Shown piece by piece: positions 27,901 through 32,000 of a DNA stretch of 32,000 nt. The stretch covers positions 210,001 through 242,000 of the forward strand of contig NZ_CP043315.1 in assembly GCF_008189285.1 (NCBI RefSeq), in the 5' to 3' direction. This DNA is from Candidatus Saccharimonadota bacterium. GTDB lineage: Bacteria; Pseudomonadota; Alphaproteobacteria; CAJXXZ01; 1604HC. Numbering within the stretch: position 1 is the stretch's first letter; every line of letters begins with the position of its first letter. Below the pieces are notes generated by a model, which was given only the letters and a program-made list of their open reading frames with translations, had not been told where the DNA came from and did no database searches. Made by a program: the position numbers and the translations under genes.

Positions 27901-28515
27901 TAAAGAATCATGAACAGATTTTCCAACTAATTTAGATTGAGAGCAAATCAGCTCCTTAGTGTATTGTTGATCATGATCTATTGATATATTCGGGTTAGTT
28001 AAGATTTCATATTGTAAGATCAAGCCTCTCATAACTTGAAAAAATGATACTATATCTTTCAAATAATCTTGCTCGTCTGAGTCAATATTATAATCAATTA
28101 AAACTTTTTCCATTACGCTAAGGTCAATTGCATTTTTAGCAACTGCATGAATTTCCCCATCTTGCATATCATGCAAGGCACTATGAGAATCTTTTATTTT
28201 ATACACAGCTCCTTCTAGATAATTATATGTATACATTCCTGTATATTGTTTGTTATTTTTATTTGATGAGATGAGATACCCTATAATTTCATCACTACTT
28301 GTCTCTAGATTTTCTAATCCATTATAAATAGATCCATTTTTATGCCTAATTAAATTGTGACCTAATAATCCTGTAGACCATTTTTTCACATCATCGCTTT
28401 GATTTTCTAACATTCCATCGCATGGCTTAATTTTCTGCAATATTGAATTTTCAACATTTTTAGAGTTAAGCTTTAATAAGCATAAAAGCGTTAAACAATA
28501 TAATTTTTTGTTCAT
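24937..28515 (-). CDS. giant secreted protein family, paralogue C (longest; 42-aa x3 repeat cassette in a long coiled-coil insertion)
   Basis: 1192 aa with signal peptide MNKKLYCLTLLCLLKLNS. N-module: SDDVKKW, ALHDMQDGEIHAVAK, DIVSFFQ, ICSQSKLVGKSVHDSLSDI. The C-module is co-linear with A and B (DSFASF, IIIKFADEL). The central region is rich in xVDxKVD-type repeats. Confidence 0.85.
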   Translation of the reverse strand: MNKKLYCLTLLCLLKLNSKNVENSILQKIKPCDGMLENQSDDVKKWSTGLLGHNLIRHKNGSIYNGLENLETSSDEIIGYLISSNKNNKQYTGMYTYNYLEGAVYKIKDSHSALHDMQDGEIHAVAKNAIDLSVMEKVLIDYNIDSDEQDYLKDIVSFFQVMRGLILQYEILTNPNISIDHDQQYTKELICSQSKLVGKSVHDSLSDILDLYHQNKHADSIKEDVHADISALHQTVNKLKDTAGSAHTDDLTTIFGYLGHIALRVDAIQDEEIYTQLQISCNEVKELLNTDDGQNILEAILNILRGQDAGDVFFSNVQRGLISFFGANNPADFNRILNEVSNADPEYLKGQVRKIDSDIQSLLDNLNTKTEAIKEKILETDVEIDKVKQKTNKLLNKSRVIDGKIDGINNAIGQVDSKVDDVSAAVGQVDTKVDGIDTVVGKIRQKSNQIIAKANAIDGKVDDVSAAVGQVDTKVDTVGNTADQIEIKVDRIEMKASAIDGKVDDVSAAVGQVSSKVDGMNTQISSQLAVDCNDNIGEAICHIKKVADQIKLEAEEIDRQIDYHLNPHNRKDDAFFHALNTAHGDIRKIIGKLERFDYAHITNAMKNGIDFSFTAYVKSMLADFESSSIDTEHALSIVNVILDLYSCPVSQLNDDVLDSIMHIASYVEKDSFASFSTQYIDYIRERHKNNPMNYRDFFRIASPALIRVSAFSESNNTKYIVNAIYNSYRYIWNNYNKNPLNNLQQNNVYLENLDNKYKLELMHHMINRCMRIHDTIPLKDTDIDQIDFTKAIIIKFADELHVNDLNNIIPLLSGISEVDDYIEEKLVDATSNESAELGLVAFKWVIQGHSNNNLPELVAQRINEYAAYGSAWRQRIVNFFISGNIVEYDNATQSYIPGETSVESYISIQNKQNMHFALNLFNYRYDVNELTSNILLNINQFIVDQFSSYYYYYTIDPGFKDIVDEMIEMSESVDQFSRNVMRNFKDHSSALKQTLWRFECDSDLTRFSDNGNNEYMYVFLRRTIEKIAIALNNELINASDYEDAIANAANYLDSYFGRILCYMKNRCKELQNSPSAIVEMSNILLNYKNFYREGVDRAIENASITSLDFYHIRPHLSYVGNNIVSSFNGLINSIADKQLLREAFKFISPKREISGSLGILTKFGELESFAKFINQEYGRDEIDISEWIAPII
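26977..27265. repeat. 126-bp-period in-frame repeat x3 with an identical 37-nt core
   Basis: aacttgcccaactgcagcactaacgtcatcaactttc occurs at 26977-27013, 27103-27139 and 27229-27265. On the minus strand it encodes KVDDVSAAVGQV. Confidence 0.9.
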
Positions 28516-28686
28516 AAATACACCATAATTATAATTACATTAGACAGTAATGCTAAATTTAATATAAATTTGTGCAAAAATTATTGCAATAATTAATAAT
28601 TAATAATATTTTAAAAATATTTTAAAAATTGATTTGCAATTGATTTGCAATTGTAAAAATCAATAAATCAAGATATGATTTACTAA

Positions 28687-30030
28687 ATGTCAACTGTTTT
28701 TGATCAAGTAATTAAAAATATTAAAAAATTTACTAATATCACTGATGCATTTAGTTATTGCATCGAGTTATATGAAGAAAAAACCAAGCTATTAACTGAG
28801 TCTGCAGACTGCGAAAATCGCACTGTTAATTATCCATACATTGGAATAATATCTAAAAATGATCAAAAGTCTTGCTATTATGGAAATACCATCACGCATC
28901 CTGTAATGCTGAAAAGATACTATACAGATCAAATTAACAAAATAATAAAAAATGGAGAATTTGAATTTCTGGTTGGAGAATCTTATTATCCAATGTCTTT
29001 AGCGTTCGTATGTGAAGATTTATTTAATATTGTAAATAAAGAAAAATCTATAATTATGCCTTGCATAACAAGAATCAGAAAAGGAATGCAAGAAATTGAA
29101 TATGGGAAAAATATAAAAAGAATTGGTTTTTTTCATGCTGAGCACATTGATTATTGCTTGAACAGATTGCATCATTACTGCGGGTCACATTCTAAGCATT
29201 TTCAAAATAATATAATTTTTGCCAATTACAAAATGTATGTAGATTTCTTTGTTGAAGATGGGAAAAAATGGGTTAATGAAGGTATTTATGAATGCCTTCT
29301 TGGTCCAGATATAGAATATTATGGAGAAAATCATGAAAATAATTCTGACATGTACTCAAAGTCAAAAAAACATTCTTCACTTCCTCAAATGCCTGCGTAT
29401 CATTTAAAAAAAGCAAACGGGGATGGAATAACTATCGTTAATGTTGGGGTTGGGCCAAGTAATTCGAAGAGTATCACAGATCACCTTGCAGTTTTGGCTC
29501 CAAAGTCTTGGCTTATGCTTGGGCATTGTGCTGGATTGCATAATGCAATGAAGCTTGGAGATTATGTGATCGCTCAAAATTACATAAGATATGATTATGT
29601 TCTTGACAAGCATGTTCCAAACAAAATTCCAATTCCAAGTTGTGGGAAAATTGTTAAAAAATTAGAAGATCATATTGAAGAATGCAAAATCAATGGAGAA
29701 AAGCTATACAAAGGCTCTCTAATAACAACTGCCGACAGAAATTGGGAATTAGATTGTGAAATGGTTCATGATTTTATAGAATCAAAAGCAATTGCAATTG
29801 ATATGGAATCAGCAACAATAGCAACAAATGCATTTAGGTTTTCAATTCCTTGTGCGACTTTCTTGTGTATATCAGATATGCCGCTTCATGGGAAAATAAA
29901 ATTACGCGGAATGGCAAAAAATTTCTACCAAACAAAAGTAAGGCATCATTTTAATATTGGAATGTTTTCTATTCAAGATTTATATAAAGAAAAGCGTGAA
30001 AAAGCAAATAAATGTACAAAAATAAAATAG
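28687..30030 (+). CDS. amn: AMP nucleosidase
   Basis: 447 aa. VNVGVGPSNSKSITDHLAVLAPKSWLMLGHCAGL, GDYVIAQNYIRYDYVLD, TTADRNWEL and AIAIDMESATIA closely follow the catalytic-domain motifs of enterobacterial Amn as I remember them. Confidence 0.85.
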   Translation: MSTVFDQVIKNIKKFTNITDAFSYCIELYEEKTKLLTESADCENRTVNYPYIGIISKNDQKSCYYGNTITHPVMLKRYYTDQINKIIKNGEFEFLVGESYYPMSLAFVCEDLFNIVNKEKSIIMPCITRIRKGMQEIEYGKNIKRIGFFHAEHIDYCLNRLHHYCGSHSKHFQNNIIFANYKMYVDFFVEDGKKWVNEGIYECLLGPDIEYYGENHENNSDMYSKSKKHSSLPQMPAYHLKKANGDGITIVNVGVGPSNSKSITDHLAVLAPKSWLMLGHCAGLHNAMKLGDYVIAQNYIRYDYVLDKHVPNKIPIPSCGKIVKKLEDHIEECKINGEKLYKGSLITTADRNWELDCEMVHDFIESKAIAIDMESATIATNAFRFSIPCATFLCISDMPLHGKIKLRGMAKNFYQTKVRHHFNIGMFSIQDLYKEKREKANKCTKIK

Positions 30031-30070
30031 ACAAGTCTTTGAAAAAAAATAATAGAAACAGCACAGAAAA

Positions 30071-30733
30071 ATGAAGCTATACCCATCCATATTTGCATTT
30101 AAGGATCTTAATATTGGCAATGAGATCTCTAGATTTGATGGCATTTCATCAGGATTGCATGTTGATATAATAGATGGAAAATATATAAATAATTTCGGAT
30201 TCCCAATATATATGACCAAAATGCTCAAACAATACACAAACAAGTCAATTCATATTCATGTAATGGGATTTATCGATGATTTAATAGGCGAAATTATTTC
30301 ATGCAATCCTGATGTGGTTTTTTTTCATGCAGATTCAACATCGAGCCCTCAAAACATTATAAATATTCTGCAAAGTAATAATATACAAATAGGCTTGGCA
30401 GTTTCAGATTTCAAAAAAGAGATTTCTTTGCACGATGAGATTGATTTATGTAAAAATTCTTACAAAAATAAAATAGTTGATTTATATAAAGTAAATAATT
30501 TAAATTATCTTTTATTTATGACTGTAAATCCAGGAAAATGCGGACAAAAATTTATTGAAAGTAAAAAGCTAGAATTACAGCAATTAAATGAGATTTTTCC
30601 AAATGTCAAAATCATAATAGATGGAGGAGTAAATCCTGATATATTAAAACAAGAATGCATTAAAAATAATGTATATGGAGCAGTAATTGGTTCAGCGCTC
30701 TATAAATATAATGTTTCTCATTTTAAACAATAG
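30071..30733 (+). CDS. rpe: ribulose-phosphate 3-epimerase
   Basis: 220 aa with LHVDIIDGKYINNFGF, HIHVM, FMTVNPGKCGQKFI, IIDGGVN and VIGSALY, corresponding to Rpe TIM-barrel motifs (H.D.MDG.FVPN, MSVNPGFGGQ.F, VDGG). Confidence 0.8.
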   Translation: MKLYPSIFAFKDLNIGNEISRFDGISSGLHVDIIDGKYINNFGFPIYMTKMLKQYTNKSIHIHVMGFIDDLIGEIISCNPDVVFFHADSTSSPQNIINILQSNNIQIGLAVSDFKKEISLHDEIDLCKNSYKNKIVDLYKVNNLNYLLFMTVNPGKCGQKFIESKKLELQQLNEIFPNVKIIIDGGVNPDILKQECIKNNVYGAVIGSALYKYNVSHFKQ

Positions 30734-30802
30734 ACTTTTGTTAAATAAAAATAAGCATGCTATAATACAAGATGAATACAAACAAACTATTATTATCAGT
30801 TT

Positions 30803-31990
30803 GTGCAATCTATTGTTGCGACACCAGACCAAGCAATGCTTGATGAGATGAGAGCAGACATAGAAATATATAAAAAAGTTAGAAAAGAAAATGATGAATG
30901 TGACAAAGCTATAGCATTGAATAGAAGGCATATTATGCCATTTATGTTTTATATAAGCAGAAAACAGGTTGAAGTAGAAACAAAAGATGAAAAAGGAGCT
31001 ATAACAAAAGCTGAAGAGCATATTATAAATGCAGATAATGCAAAAGATGTTATTTCTTTCTTAACAGGAGATGGCCTTTTCTATAAAATTGATCCAAGTA
31101 ATCCAAATTATGTAGAAAACGAAAATTATAAATTAAGCTATCCATTTGATGCATTGAAATATAATCTTGCACACTATATTGATGTTAATGAATTTAGATT
31201 TGAAAACATACAAAAATGTGCAAGCAGTGGAATATTACATATTAGAGGAAAGGAGCAATACTTTTCTATGAAGTATGTCTCTATGCATGATGACGAAGTG
31301 AAAAAGAGCTTAGGGTGCTTGCAACTTCTTACTCTAAGTGGTTATATAGTTCCTTCACTTGAAAAAGGAGTATTTGAAGGATTGGATAGCTTAAATACTC
31401 TTGGGTTATCATGCAGAAGCCTGCGTTCAATTGATCTTGGAGCATTTAATGGACTAAATAATTTGAAAGAGCTTCACATGTCACGCACCTCATTATCAAG
31501 TTCATTGAAACCAGGATTATTTGCAGGATTAAGCAATTTGATAAAGCTGAATCTATCGCATAATAAATTCACTTCACTTAAACCAGGATTATTTGAAGGA
31601 TTGAGTAGTGTGATAAAACTTAATCTATCAGACAATCAAATCACTGAAATTGAACAAGGGGTATTTGAAGGATTGAGTAGTGTGACAAAACTTAATCTAT
31701 CAGGCTGTAAACTTACTTCACTTGAACCAGGAGCATTTGCAGGATTGAGTAGTGTGACAGACCTTGATCTATCAGACAATCAAATCACTGAAATTGAAAA
31801 AGGAGTATTTGAAGGATTGAGCAGTTTGAAAAGCCTTGCTCTATATGAAAATCAAATCACTGAAATTAAACCAGGAGCATTTGAAGAATTAAGTAGCTTG
31901 ACAGAGCTTAATCTATCACGCAATAAAATCAATTTTTCACCTTTAGAAGCTCTAAGAGAAAGATATCAAAATATAAAAATTGTAAGTTAG
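30803..31990 (+). CDS. leucine-rich-repeat protein (LRR-2): private N-module, a middle domain of about 110 aa, and nine 24-residue LRRs
   Basis: 395-aa ORF starting at GTG 30803 (alternative ATG at 30836). It has nine consecutive repeats of the form L..L.LS.N.IT.I..G.FEGLSS, and the 72-bp units are partly near-identical at nucleotide level. The N-module is shared with LRR-1 (24204..24859). Confidence 0.85.
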   Translation: MQSIVATPDQAMLDEMRADIEIYKKVRKENDECDKAIALNRRHIMPFMFYISRKQVEVETKDEKGAITKAEEHIINADNAKDVISFLTGDGLFYKIDPSNPNYVENENYKLSYPFDALKYNLAHYIDVNEFRFENIQKCASSGILHIRGKEQYFSMKYVSMHDDEVKKSLGCLQLLTLSGYIVPSLEKGVFEGLDSLNTLGLSCRSLRSIDLGAFNGLNNLKELHMSRTSLSSSLKPGLFAGLSNLIKLNLSHNKFTSLKPGLFEGLSSVIKLNLSDNQITEIEQGVFEGLSSVTKLNLSGCKLTSLEPGAFAGLSSVTDLDLSDNQITEIEKGVFEGLSSLKSLALYENQITEIKPGAFEELSSLTELNLSRNKINFSPLEALRERYQNIKIVS

Positions 31991-32000
31991 AATCTGCTTT

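Noticed and set aside
12448-28515. The giant secreted paralogues might be type V autotransporters or polymorphic toxins.
   Set aside because: The C-termini (…SPESELDE, …KTNFNIER, …SEWIAPII) lack a terminal aromatic residue and an amphipathic beta-strand pattern. The C-modules are co-linear homologues rather than swapped toxin domains. No small immunity-like ORFs follow them.
1-32000. Alternative genetic code (TGA = Trp), as in Mollicutes, suggested by the low GC content.
   Set aside because: dnaN terminates at TGA (783-785) at the expected protein length. All recognised genes have normal lengths with TGA as stop, so the standard bacterial code fits.
1-32000. tRNA, rRNA or tmRNA genes, transposases, integrases or prophage remnants in the long spacers (113-782, 7431-7863, 11642-12447, 19571-19782, 28516-28686).
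   Set aside because: No GC-enriched cloverleaf-like segments or T-loop GTTCGAATC-type motifs are seen. No ORFs have transposase or integrase motifs, and no terminal inverted repeats are visible. By-eye screening could still miss small RNAs.

Overview
Strongly AT-rich, compact bacterial chromosomal segment using the standard genetic code (dnaN ends in TGA). The N/K/I-rich proteins and low-complexity insertions suggest a host-restricted or intracellular bacterium. I cannot name the organism from sequence alone. Recognisable housekeeping genes are dnaN, an ABCB/MsbA-type exporter, an rlmB-like SpoU methyltransferase, trpS, pgsA, dut, a MarR regulator, two tandem PmtA-like methyltransferases, a SerC-like aminotransferase, hemW, amn and rpe. 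They are interleaved with an unusually dense set of lineage-specific predicted secreted proteins. The most notable content: (1) Three co-linear paralogues of a giant Sec-signal protein (796, 969 and 1192 aa). They share a conserved N-module and C-module, and independent repeat cassettes have expanded between the two modules in two of them. I recognise no known family or catalytic motif. (2) A 939-aa secreted protein made largely of a nested array of more than 50 nucleotide-perfect 15-bp (EAKEP) repeats, including a 579-bp macro-duplication. (3) Two leucine-rich-repeat proteins sharing a private N-terminal module, each with a different frame lesion and one with an odd 30-bp amplification of a partial LRR. 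I found no tRNA or rRNA genes, CRISPR arrays, transposases or integrases. All functional calls come from motif and family recognition by eye; no database search was run.
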